Below the pieces are notes generated by a model. The model did no database searches and was not told where the DNA came from. It was given only the letters and a program-made list of their open reading frames with translations. The translations under genes and the position numbers were made by a program. From positions 1 to 64,000 of the forward strand of contig JBDHHQ010000004.1 in assembly GCA_039589315.1 (NCBI GenBank): a DNA stretch of 64,000 bases. The letters are read 5' to 3'. The stretch's first letter is position 1, and each line of letters starts with the position of its first letter. This stretch comes from Gemmatimonadota bacterium (lineage in GTDB: Bacteria; Gemmatimonadota; Gemmatimonadetes; Longimicrobiales; Gaopeijiaceae). Shown here one piece after another: positions 48,006-56,324 of the stretch.

Positions 48006-48209
48006 CTATTCCTCATCCGGTCGCGTCCCCTCCTCAGCTCGAGTCCCCTCCTCGTCAGGCTGAGCCCCCTCCTCGTCAGGCTGAGCCCCCTCCTCGTCGG
48101 CGGCACGCTTCGCGGCCTCCTCCTTCAGCAATCTCTTCGCTTCCTTCTTCTTCTTCTTCGCGATTTCCCGCTGTCGTTTCTGAAAACTGTAGTTGGTCCT
48201 CTTCGCCAC
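48006..48209 (-). CDS. Small Lys/Arg-rich protein with acidic repeat tail
   Basis: RBS ggagg before GTG 48209. MAKRTNYSFQKRQREIAKKKKKEAKRLLKEEAAKRAA(DEEGAQP)2DEEGTRAEEGTRPDEE. Confidence 0.75.
   Translation of the reverse strand: MAKRTNYSFQKRQREIAKKKKKEAKRLLKEEAAKRAADEEGAQPDEEGAQPDEEGTRAEEGTRPDEE
48045..48098. repeat. 21-bp coding tandem repeat (~2.6 copies)
   Basis: cccctcctcgtcaggctgagc twice plus cccctcctcgtc; encodes DEEGAQP. Confidence 0.85.
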
Positions 48210-48429
48210 GCTACCTCCTGGCTCCTCGTGAACTCGGTACTGGAGTATCCCCATTAATCTCGCACATGTGGAAAGCCCGGTGACATGCAAGGCCCGATCC
48301 AAGGTCGGCGGCAACGTCCCAGCACACCTCCACCGCGCCGTAGGGCCTGCAAGCATACAAGATCCAGGGCGATGAGTCCGGCTCAGACCGGAACCGATGG
48401 ACACTACACCGGAACCTCGCCCCAAGGGC

Positions 48430-49227
48430 TCACCACTTACCGCCGGGAGGCGGGCTTGACCGCCACCCGGAGCGAACGGGCCGCTGGCTCCAGAGGAGGC
48501 CCAGGATGAGCTCTTCCACGTCGTCCGTGACGTTGTCCAGGTACGCCAATGCCTCGGCCTCGGTCAGGGGCCCTGGATCTCCCGCCTTGTTCGCGAGCGC
48601 CTCACGCGCCCCCGCCACGGCCACGGCACCCTTCTGCTCCTCGCCCAGCTGGTCAGTCATCTGTGCGTCCGGATCTGCGCCGACCGGGATCTCCTCCTCC
48701 TGCTCCGGTGGCGGCTCGGACTGCCGGTCCCCCGGCAGGCTGGTCAGAGAATCCACCATGCGCTGGGCAAGGGCGAAGTTCCACTGGGCGTTCTCGTCCC
48801 CTGGGTTCAGCAGCAACGCCGCCCGGTTGCTGCGGACCGCGGCAGTCGCGACGGGAAGAGCCGAATCCGGGTCGGTGATCTGAGAGACCCTGGTGAGGGA
48901 GCGGTAACCCAGGTTGTAGTGCGCACGCTGCCTGGCGACCGAGTCGACGTCCTGGGCAGCCAACCTCAGGTAGTGCTCGGCCTCGTCGTCGTCCAGAGCG
49001 AGAAGGGCCGTGCCCAGGTTGTAGGTGGCGGCCGCGGTGTGATCCGGGGCGTCGGCGTGGACTCGATACAACTCGGCTGCAGCCTGCGTCTCACCGTCGC
49101 GATACAGCCGGTTCGCCCGCTCCAGACTGCCGCGGTCCAGCGAAAGAAGGACGCTCACGATGGTGACGAGAAGAACGAGCCCGCCCAGCCACTTGAAGCG
49201 CGCGAACCACAGGTCCTTCGAACTCAT
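48430..49227 (-). CDS. BatC-like TPR protein
   Basis: N-terminal TM, ATYNLGTALL, AHYNLG, ALLLNPGDENAQWNFALAQR, LTEAEA..L, terminal KW. Last gene of the coupled MoxR operon. Confidence 0.75.
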   Translation of the reverse strand: MSSKDLWFARFKWLGGLVLLVTIVSVLLSLDRGSLERANRLYRDGETQAAAELYRVHADAPDHTAAATYNLGTALLALDDDEAEHYLRLAAQDVDSVARQRAHYNLGYRSLTRVSQITDPDSALPVATAAVRSNRAALLLNPGDENAQWNFALAQRMVDSLTSLPGDRQSEPPPEQEEEIPVGADPDAQMTDQLGEEQKGAVAVAGAREALANKAGDPGPLTEAEALAYLDNVTDDVEELILGLLWSQRPVRSGWRSSPPPGGKW

Positions 49228-50333
49228 GCGATCCTCCGGGTCGACGCGGCGCGCGGCGAACGGAGAGATTCGCCGCCCGGCGCCTTACGGGTCGATGGAA
49301 TCGAGGGCCCTCGAGCGGGCGACCGCCTGGTACGTGGCAGGCGGACGTCCAGGAGGCTCTCGAACAGTAGACACAGAAGCGCGGCGAGCGCGAGCAGGAA
49401 TACCGGGTCGAAGCGGGTCCACAAGGGAGCCTCGTATGGGGAGGGGGGCGCTACTCTCGTGAAGACCTCCTGAAGAGGCGCCTCCTCGCTGGCATGGGCA
49501 TAGCGACCACCGCCCACCTCGGCCACCCGGCGGAGCAGGGCCTCGTTCAGCGTCGAGACCGCCCGCGTCCCCCGGTCGTCCAGAATGGGTGCGGACCGGT
49601 ACCCCAGCGGCATGGCCATCCGGCCGCCCTGTTCCGACCCGATGCCGATGGTGTGGACCGCGATGCCGTTCGCCGAAGCGTCCCGTGCAGCCCGTGTCAC
49701 GGCGGCCTCACCTTCACCCGACTCCCCGTCCCCGATCAGAACGATCGCCCGCTCGCCCTCAGGCTCCCCGCTGTCGGCGAGCTGCCGCAGGGACTCGCGA
49801 ATTCCCACGGATACCATGGTCCCGGGATCGGCATGGTTCGCCACGTTCGGCGTCACGCCCAGGAGCAGAAAACGGAGGGCGTCGTGATCCCGAGTGGGTG
49901 GCGCGAGCGAGTAGCTCCCGCCGGCGAAGAGGAGCAGTCCGACCCGGTCACCCTCGAGCGTATCGAGGAGCCCATTCACGATGGCCACCGCCGGTGCGAG
50001 CCGGGTCGGGGCGACATCGTCTGCTTGCATGGACGCCGAGACGTCGAGGGCGAGCATCACGCTCCGGTCGGGTGGCGGTGGCTCGAACGGCGGGGGTGGC
50101 CACCGGGGCTCCGCCAAGGCGGCTGCCAGGGTGAGCGCCCCCAACACGAGGAGGACGACGCGCTCCAACCGAACCCTGTACAAATCCGACCCGGACAGAC
50201 GACGGACTGCTCGGCGTCCTCCCAAGAAATCGGCCAGCCGCCGGCGTCTTCGCGCCTGAAGCAGGAGGCCCACGACGACCAGCAGCGCCAGCCCGACGCC
50301 GATGCGGAGAAAGAGGGGGTTCGCGAAGATCAC
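49224..50333 (-). CDS. BatB-like VWA domain membrane protein
   Basis: MIDAS LALDVSASM...DVAPTRL, DRVGLLLFAG, VLIGDGE, VHTIGIGS, LNEALLRRVAEVGGGRY. Confidence 0.87.
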   Translation of the reverse strand: MIFANPLFLRIGVGLALLVVVGLLLQARRRRRLADFLGGRRAVRRLSGSDLYRVRLERVVLLVLGALTLAAALAEPRWPPPPFEPPPPDRSVMLALDVSASMQADDVAPTRLAPAVAIVNGLLDTLEGDRVGLLLFAGGSYSLAPPTRDHDALRFLLLGVTPNVANHADPGTMVSVGIRESLRQLADSGEPEGERAIVLIGDGESGEGEAAVTRAARDASANGIAVHTIGIGSEQGGRMAMPLGYRSAPILDDRGTRAVSTLNEALLRRVAEVGGGRYAHASEEAPLQEVFTRVAPPSPYEAPLWTRFDPVFLLALAALLCLLFESLLDVRLPRTRRSPARGPSIPSTRKAPGGESLRSPRAASTRRIA

Positions 50334-51289
50334 GGGACCAGCCCCCATCTCGTGCCTCGGAGCATCGCGTCCAGGCCCAGCAGCAGGAGTCCAGCGAGCA
50401 GCAGCCAAGCGCGCTCCGGATAACGCACCTCCAGCGTCCTCACCCGTGGCGTTGGCGTTTCGATCATGTCGATGGTTCGATAGATGGAGTCCAGGGCCGC
50501 AGCGGTGGACGCATGGAAATACTGGCCCCCGGTCAGACCCGACACGCCGGCCAACACGGTCTCCATGTCCTCGGCGAAGCGCGTTCGGCGGAACTCGGGC
50601 GGAAGCACGCTGATGGAATGGACCTTGACACCGAGTCCCGCCGCCGCCCGGGCGGCCGCGACCGGGAGCACGCCGCCACCGTTGTGTGCTCCGTCCGTGA
50701 GCAGGACCACTACCCGCCCCTCCCGCTCCGACTCCCTGACCCGGGCGACCGAGGTGAGCAGGGCCGCGGAGATGTCGGTCCCGTCGTGAACCAGGTCGAC
50801 CTCGAGGCCCTCGACTGCCGAGACGATGAGGTTCGCGTCCGCGGTCGGCGGCATGCGCGTGATGGCCTCACCGGCGAAGGCCACGAGGCTCAGGTCGTCC
50901 ACCGGACGACCTTCCGCGAAGCCGATCGCCGCCTCCCTGGCGATCTCCAGACGGCTCCTGCCGTCCTCCATGTCCATCGAGAGCATCGAGCCGGAGATGT
51001 CCAGAGCCAGGCCGATGACCTTCCCTTCCAAGTATCCCTCCTCCACGATCTCGATTCGTACGGGCCCGGCCAACGCCACGATCAGGCAGGCCATTGCCGC
51101 TCCGCGGAGGACGCGCGGAAGCGTCAGGACGACCCACGATCGTTGACCCCACCAACCGGTGAGCCGGCCGGCCGAACCGCCCCGGGCGTAGAGCACTCCC
51201 CCGCCCTTGCGCGGCCACACCACCAGCCACCACAAGGGCAGCAGGAACAGCAGGTAGAGGAGATCCGGATCCGTGAATTCCAGGCGCAT
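50330..51289 (-). CDS. BatA-like VWA domain membrane protein
   Basis: FTDPDLLYLLFLLP, LIVALAGP, MIDAS LALDISGSM, SRLEIAR, VLLTDGAHN, TGGQYFHA, IYRTIDMIE. Confidence 0.88.
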   Translation of the reverse strand: MRLEFTDPDLLYLLFLLPLWWLVVWPRKGGGVLYARGGSAGRLTGWWGQRSWVVLTLPRVLRGAAMACLIVALAGPVRIEIVEEGYLEGKVIGLALDISGSMLSMDMEDGRSRLEIAREAAIGFAEGRPVDDLSLVAFAGEAITRMPPTADANLIVSAVEGLEVDLVHDGTDISAALLTSVARVRESEREGRVVVLLTDGAHNGGGVLPVAAARAAAGLGVKVHSISVLPPEFRRTRFAEDMETVLAGVSGLTGGQYFHASTAAALDSIYRTIDMIETPTPRVRTLEVRYPERAWLLLAGLLLLGLDAMLRGTRWGLVP

Positions 51290-52290
51290 CAGCCCTCCGG
51301 TGCTCGCCGGATCCAGTTCCGGATCGTGCTCCAGTCTCGTTCGGCAGCCTCGGCCTCCGGCTGTTCGTCGCCGAACTTCACACGCTCGGCCAGCTCCACG
51401 GTCGAGACCAGCGTCTCGATCCCGCCAGCGCCCCATCGCTCCTCGAGCTTGGAAACCAGCTCGGTGCTGGTCAGCGCCATCCTCCACTCCGGCTCGATTC
51501 GTTCCGCGAAGTGCCGTAGAACGTCCGTCGAGGCGGCGTAGAAGTCGTCCGTCCGACCGTCTTTGTGCCACCCTTCGGAGCGTATGCGCTCCAGCTCGCG
51601 CAGTGCCTCCTGGCGCGGCGAGCGGCCGCGGAGGCGGGCCAGCATGGGGGCACCGATGGACGCCCACCATCTGGGAACCAACATGACCACGGCCAGAGCG
51701 AGCCCGAGGAGCGTCAGGACCGTGGCCAGGAGCCGCCAGATGCTCCACACACCACCGAGCACGTCCGCGGCCGGGCGCGGCTCGAGAACGACATTCTCGT
51801 CCAACATCGGCACGAACGGACCCATGTCCACGAACCCCGTCCGAAGCACGCGTCGGTCGACCTCCGTGGCCGCCGCTGCGGCAGCTTCGCCCGCGCTGCG
51901 CGCCGCCCCCTCGCTCCCCATCTCGTCGCCGGAGGTCCGAAGCCAAAGCTCGATGGGAGGCAGCTCCGCGGGACCTTCCTGGAAGCCGATCAGCGGGTAG
52001 GTCATGCGGATCTCGACCGAATCGCCTGGTGCGGCCACCTCCGTCCACTCGCCCGGACCGACGCTGTGCACTCCGTCCGTGGGTGGCAGCGTGTCCGGCA
52101 GGAACGCCACGGCCGTGGGCCGAACCCGTAGCCTGACGTGCAGCTGGAAGGCCAGCGCCAGGGACGGAGCCTCAGGCTCCAGTCGAACCTCGACGAGTCG
52201 GGCGCCATCTATCGCCTGGGGCGACTGGGCATGCGCGTCCCCAGCAGCCCAGATCACCAGAGCCATCAATAGGATCGACAGGCGTCTCAT
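51289..52290 (-). CDS. Bat-operon accessory membrane protein (signal peptide, single TM, helical C-terminal domain)
   Basis: Signal AHA-Q, TM, SPRQEALRELERI, FYAASTDVLRHF, ALTSTEL, AERVKF. Coupled between DUF58 and BatA. Confidence 0.78.
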   Translation of the reverse strand: MRRLSILLMALVIWAAGDAHAQSPQAIDGARLVEVRLEPEAPSLALAFQLHVRLRVRPTAVAFLPDTLPPTDGVHSVGPGEWTEVAAPGDSVEIRMTYPLIGFQEGPAELPPIELWLRTSGDEMGSEGAARSAGEAAAAAATEVDRRVLRTGFVDMGPFVPMLDENVVLEPRPAADVLGGVWSIWRLLATVLTLLGLALAVVMLVPRWWASIGAPMLARLRGRSPRQEALRELERIRSEGWHKDGRTDDFYAASTDVLRHFAERIEPEWRMALTSTELVSKLEERWGAGGIETLVSTVELAERVKFGDEQPEAEAAERDWSTIRNWIRRAPEG

Positions 52291-53231
52291 TGGTTCGCTC
52301 GCTGCCTCCGCCGAAAGAAGTCCGCGAGCACCATGAGATGGTCTGTCGCGGTGTTCACGTCGACCAGGTCCGCTCCTACCTGGGTCAGAAGCAGGGCCAT
52401 GTCCGCCCGGGCCTGAAGGACGCTGTGCTTGTATCGTTCCCGGATCCGACGGCTGCCCGTGTTCATCACGACCCGCCGTCCACTCTCCGGATCCGTCATC
52501 TCCACCCAACCGACGTCAGGCAACTCGTCCGCAGCGCGGCTGGCGAGTCGGACGGCGATCAGGTCATGGGTGCTGGCGACGCGCGTCAGCGCCTGCCGGA
52601 ACGCCGAGCCGCCGGGGCTCTGGATGAAGTCGCTGATCATGAAGACCGTCGCCCGGTGATTGATGGAGGCGTTGATCCACTCCAGTCCCGGGGTGAGATC
52701 CGTGCCCGTCCTCTGTGGACGATGGGAGAGGAGGGTCGCCACGAGCCGGACGAGGTGCCTCGGCCCGGACGCGGGTCGCAGCACGAACTCGACGCGGTCG
52801 CTCACCAGGAGGAGCCCGACCCGGTCACTCTGCCGGCTGGCGGCGAACGCCAGAGCCGCGGCCACTTCCTCGGCCACCTCCCCCGCGCTTCGCTCCCCCG
52901 GCCCGTACTGTCCAGAGGCGGAAATGTCGACCATGAGCACGCCAAGCAGGTTGCGCTCCTCGACGAACTGCCGGACGAACGGCGACTGTCGTCGAGCCGT
53001 CACCTTCCAGTCGATCGCGCGCACGTCGTCGCCCGGCTGATAGTCCCGCACGCTGGAGAATTCGAGACCCCGCCCCGAAAAAACCGCTGCGTACTCCCCC
53101 ATGAAGAGAGAGTCGACAAGCCCGCGCGTCCGTACCCCCAGGCTGCGCACCTTGCGCAGCACCTCGGGAGTGAGGGGCGTGCGCTCAGCGCGCCCGTCGT
53201 GCCGATCCCGGCGACGGCGTAGCAGACCCAA
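52287..53231 (-). CDS. DUF58 domain protein
   Basis: GEYAAVFSGRGLEFSSVRDYQPGDDVRAIDWKVTAR, FVEER, DISAS, DRVGL, ISDF. Confidence 0.93.
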   Translation of the reverse strand: MGLLRRRRDRHDGRAERTPLTPEVLRKVRSLGVRTRGLVDSLFMGEYAAVFSGRGLEFSSVRDYQPGDDVRAIDWKVTARRQSPFVRQFVEERNLLGVLMVDISASGQYGPGERSAGEVAEEVAAALAFAASRQSDRVGLLLVSDRVEFVLRPASGPRHLVRLVATLLSHRPQRTGTDLTPGLEWINASINHRATVFMISDFIQSPGGSAFRQALTRVASTHDLIAVRLASRAADELPDVGWVEMTDPESGRRVVMNTGSRRIRERYKHSVLQARADMALLLTQVGADLVDVNTATDHLMVLADFFRRRQRANQ

Positions 53232-53236
53232 TGTTG

Positions 53237-54244
53237 TCAGGGAGCCGGCACGGTGGACAGGAGCGAGGTGACCATCTGATCCGCGTCGATTCCCCGGGCG
53301 TCGGCCTCATAGGTCGTCTTGATCCGGTGGCGAAGCACAGGTGGAGCCATCGCCTTCACGTCGTCGGGAAGCACGTAGTCGCGGCCCTGGAGGTACGCAT
53401 GGGCGCGGGCGGCGCGGGTCAAGAAGATGGTGGCCCGGGGCGAGATGCCGAACTCCATGAGGTCACCCAGCTCCGAAAGCCCGGCCTGCTCGGGCTCCCG
53501 GGTCGCGAACACGAGCTCCACGATGTAGTCCTGAATCCGGTCGTGTACCCGTACGCCCTCGAGCTCCTCCCGGGCCTCGAGGATCTCGGCCGCGCTCGTG
53601 GGCGACTCGATCTCGGGGCCTCGGGTGTCACCCGTGAGGAGCGCGACCCGGTCGATGATCTCCTTTTCGTCCGTCCTGCCCGGATACCCGATCCTCAGCT
53701 TCATCATGAATCGATCCAGCTGCGCCTCGGCCAACGGGTAAGTGCCCTGGTGCTCGATGGGGTTCTGGGTAGCCAGCACGAGAAAGGGAGAAGGCAGCGG
53801 ATAGGTCTTGCCGTCGATCGTGACCTGCTTCTCCTCCATGGCCTCGAGCAAACCCGATTGGACTTTGGGCGAAGCGCGATTGATCTCGTCCGCGAGCACC
53901 AGGTTCGCGAAGATCGGTCCCTTGTGGACCCGAAACTCGCCCGTTCCCTGATGGTAGACCGGAGTCCCCACGATGTCGCCGGGAAGCAGGTCAGGGGTCA
54001 GCTGAATGCGACCGAAAGTGGTGTGCAACGCATCCGCGAGGGAGCGCACGAGCAGAGTCTTGGCTAGGCCCGGCAGTCCCTCCAGGAGAATATGGCCCCC
54101 AGTCATGAGGCCAATGAGGAGCCCCTGGACAGTCTCGTCCTGGCCGACGACCCGCTGATGGACCGCGTCCGCGACCTGTTGAAGCAGCCGGTAGCGATTC
54201 GCAGGAGCGTACGCCTGCGCGCTCTCGGCGGGGGAATTCGGCAC
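53237..54244 (-). CDS. moxR: MoxR family AAA+ ATPase
   Basis: Walker A GHILLEGLPGLAKT, RIQLTPDLLPGD, Walker B LADEINRASPKVQSGLLEAMEE, ATQNPIE..GTYPL.EAQLDRF, GISPRA, VLRHRI. Start uncertain. Confidence 0.95.
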   Translation of the reverse strand: MPNSPAESAQAYAPANRYRLLQQVADAVHQRVVGQDETVQGLLIGLMTGGHILLEGLPGLAKTLLVRSLADALHTTFGRIQLTPDLLPGDIVGTPVYHQGTGEFRVHKGPIFANLVLADEINRASPKVQSGLLEAMEEKQVTIDGKTYPLPSPFLVLATQNPIEHQGTYPLAEAQLDRFMMKLRIGYPGRTDEKEIIDRVALLTGDTRGPEIESPTSAAEILEAREELEGVRVHDRIQDYIVELVFATREPEQAGLSELGDLMEFGISPRATIFLTRAARAHAYLQGRDYVLPDDVKAMAPPVLRHRIKTTYEADARGIDADQMVTSLLSTVPAP

Positions 54245-54352
54245 GGGGACACCGTCCTGCCACGGGGATCTTGCGGAACTTATAGAAGTAGTAAATGACC
54301 GCATCGACTTTGTCGCCGCAAGAGGCGGCGCCGAGTCGTCAAGCACCTACGG

Positions 54353-55609
54353 TCATGGAGATTGTCCGTGCAGCTCCTCGATGGGCACGAAATCGATGTC
54401 GAACCCGAAGTGTCGAGGACCCAGCGCCTCGATGGCCTGGGGCGTGCGCCATAGCGCGGCCGCCGGAAAGCCAATGACGGTCAACTCCTCCCCCACCCGG
54501 AAGCTCCCGATCACCGCCTCGCCCCCCCGCATGGCCCAACCGGTCGCCGGATCTACGGCCGCGATGATATCGGGCGCGGCCGCGTTGAGCTCGCCGTCGC
54601 GCCAAGCGACCATATTCTCGTTCTTGTTGTAGATGTGATACTCGCTTCCTTCATATTCGCCGATCCCCGCGAGGTACGCGTCAGTCCATCCGAATCCACG
54701 CTCCCCGCGGGACTCCGACCGGGTGACTGTACCCTTGAAGAGGACGAAGCCACCCCCGGCCTCGACCACGGCCTGGACTGGGTCACTCCCAGCCTCGACA
54801 GCTTCCCGCGCTGCCCGACCCAGGCGAATGCACTGACTGAGAAAGGCCGGGATCAGGTTCTCCTTGAGCTCTGCGCCCGAAAGCGCGTTGGCTGCCACGC
54901 GCACGCCTCCTCCGCTCGCGACCGCGAGACTGCGAGTCAGGTCCTCGGTCCGAGAGTCGTCATAGACGGTCGGGAAGATGAACACGTCGCCGTACCGCGT
55001 CACCCCCGCGAATGGCGCGCGCGTGATACCGCTGTTCAGGTTGAACGGGCTCATCTGGACCTCGGGGAGGCAACGACCCGATGGCCCGCCGTCGATGATC
55101 GGGATCCCGAGCCGAGCTGCGGTCAACAAGGCGCCGACCGTGGCTCCGCCTGCCTCGGCCTGGAATGTGACGGTGAATTGTCGACCGATGTACTCGCCCA
55201 GAATCTGCTCGGGTGTCGGGCGGGCCGGATCGGGCTCGAACCCCTGTGCTTCGTAGCGGTCGATGACGTCCTGCCACGCGCCGCCTCCGCCGATTCCGAA
55301 GCTCGTGAAGCCGAACCAGTCGTCGGGCACGTCCTCGAGGGCGATCATCGTGAAAGTTTGGCCCTGGCGTACGGCATCGGTAATGCGATCGATATTCCGC
55401 CGAGTGTCGATCCCACGAGAACAGAAGATGCCCGCTCCCACCATCATGTCCACGAGCTCCTGTTCCGTCAGGGTCCTGATCGGCGGATCGACCTGTGCAT
55501 CCGGTCCGTCTGGCGCGTCCGTGCCACGCGGAGCTTCCACGCACGCGAAGCTCGCCACCGCCATTGTGGCTGCCCACCACAGCGACCCGACTCCAATTCG
55601 TCCGCGCAT
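54353..55609 (-). CDS. DUF917 family protein with lipoprotein-type signal
   Basis: EAGGA, GIPIIDG..SGRCLPEVQM, LSQCIRLGRA, VLFKGTV, KNENMVAWRDG...APDII, GPRHFGFDIDFVPIE. N-terminus ...AVASFAC. Confidence 0.85.
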   Translation of the reverse strand: MRGRIGVGSLWWAATMAVASFACVEAPRGTDAPDGPDAQVDPPIRTLTEQELVDMMVGAGIFCSRGIDTRRNIDRITDAVRQGQTFTMIALEDVPDDWFGFTSFGIGGGGAWQDVIDRYEAQGFEPDPARPTPEQILGEYIGRQFTVTFQAEAGGATVGALLTAARLGIPIIDGGPSGRCLPEVQMSPFNLNSGITRAPFAGVTRYGDVFIFPTVYDDSRTEDLTRSLAVASGGGVRVAANALSGAELKENLIPAFLSQCIRLGRAAREAVEAGSDPVQAVVEAGGGFVLFKGTVTRSESRGERGFGWTDAYLAGIGEYEGSEYHIYNKNENMVAWRDGELNAAAPDIIAAVDPATGWAMRGGEAVIGSFRVGEELTVIGFPAAALWRTPQAIEALGPRHFGFDIDFVPIEELHGQSP

Positions 55610-55662
55610 TGAACTAGACCCCTGTCTTGTAGGCAGACGTGCTGCCGAATGGTTTGTCGATC

Positions 55663-56076
55663 CTATCGGCCGGCAGGTTCCAGGATCAGCTGGTGGGGAA
55701 GCCGGATGGTCAGGTGGAGTGAGTCGCCTGGGTTGAGGCGCGGCATCGGATTCGACGTCGCCGTTCGGCGGCTCGTGGTGAAGTCGGCGACGATCCGTAC
55801 CTCCATCATCGCGCGCCACGGGATCTGGAAGGTGGCGCTGCTCCGACCGTCGATGGTCCCCAGTGGGCTCGCGACCGCGGTGTCCCACCTGTACCTGAGC
55901 GTGATAGGCTCGCCAAGCTGATTGTCGACAGTCAGCGTGAGGGGTGCGGTGCCTTCGCCGGGAGCGGCCGTGCCGGGACCGGTGGCCGCCTGGCCGGAAC
56001 TGCAGGCCAGGGCGAGTGGGGCCAACAGGCAGCACACGGCTGCCAGTGTCTGAAGGGGGCGCTTGTCTCTGGCCAT
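55663..56076 (-). CDS. Small hypothetical lipoprotein
   Basis: RBS gaggag. LAPLALAC lipobox. Beta-rich body LTVDNQ...LGTIDGRSSATF...PGDSLHLTI. Confidence 0.7.
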   Translation of the reverse strand: MARDKRPLQTLAAVCCLLAPLALACSSGQAATGPGTAAPGEGTAPLTLTVDNQLGEPITLRYRWDTAVASPLGTIDGRSSATFQIPWRAMMEVRIVADFTTSRRTATSNPMPRLNPGDSLHLTIRLPHQLILEPAGR

Positions 56077-56324
56077 GACGCTCTCCTCGGCAAGAAGACG
56101 CGGATGCTTCACTTGCCATCGTAGATGCGCCTCTGAGGGGGTGTCAAACGCGGGGCGAATATGGTCGTGTGCTCTGTTGACACGCCTGCATGCGCATAGC
56201 CTATTGCAGCCTTCATCCCGACCCGACGTCCCTCGTTTTCTCCACCCGTCATTGGCCAAGGACGGGCGGCTTGGACTTTGGCGTCTCAACTCGACATCAA
56301 GCCCCGGACTGGAAGGTAGAGCCA

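Noticed and set aside
48045..48098. Short direct repeats as a possible CRISPR array (also 2015-2084 and 27586-27652)
   Set aside because: The repeats are contiguous with no unique spacers, there are only 2-3 copies, and no cas genes are present.
48430..54244. MoxR-DUF58-VWA-VWA-TPR operon as a novel system
   Set aside because: It matches the well-known MoxR/Bat arrangement. Only the absence of batD/batE here is mildly notable.
56177..56207. TTGACA -35 box upstream of hyuA
   Set aside because: No convincing -10 hexamer at 16-18 bp spacing (TAGCCT at 14 bp, TATTGC at 19 bp), so it is not called as a promoter.
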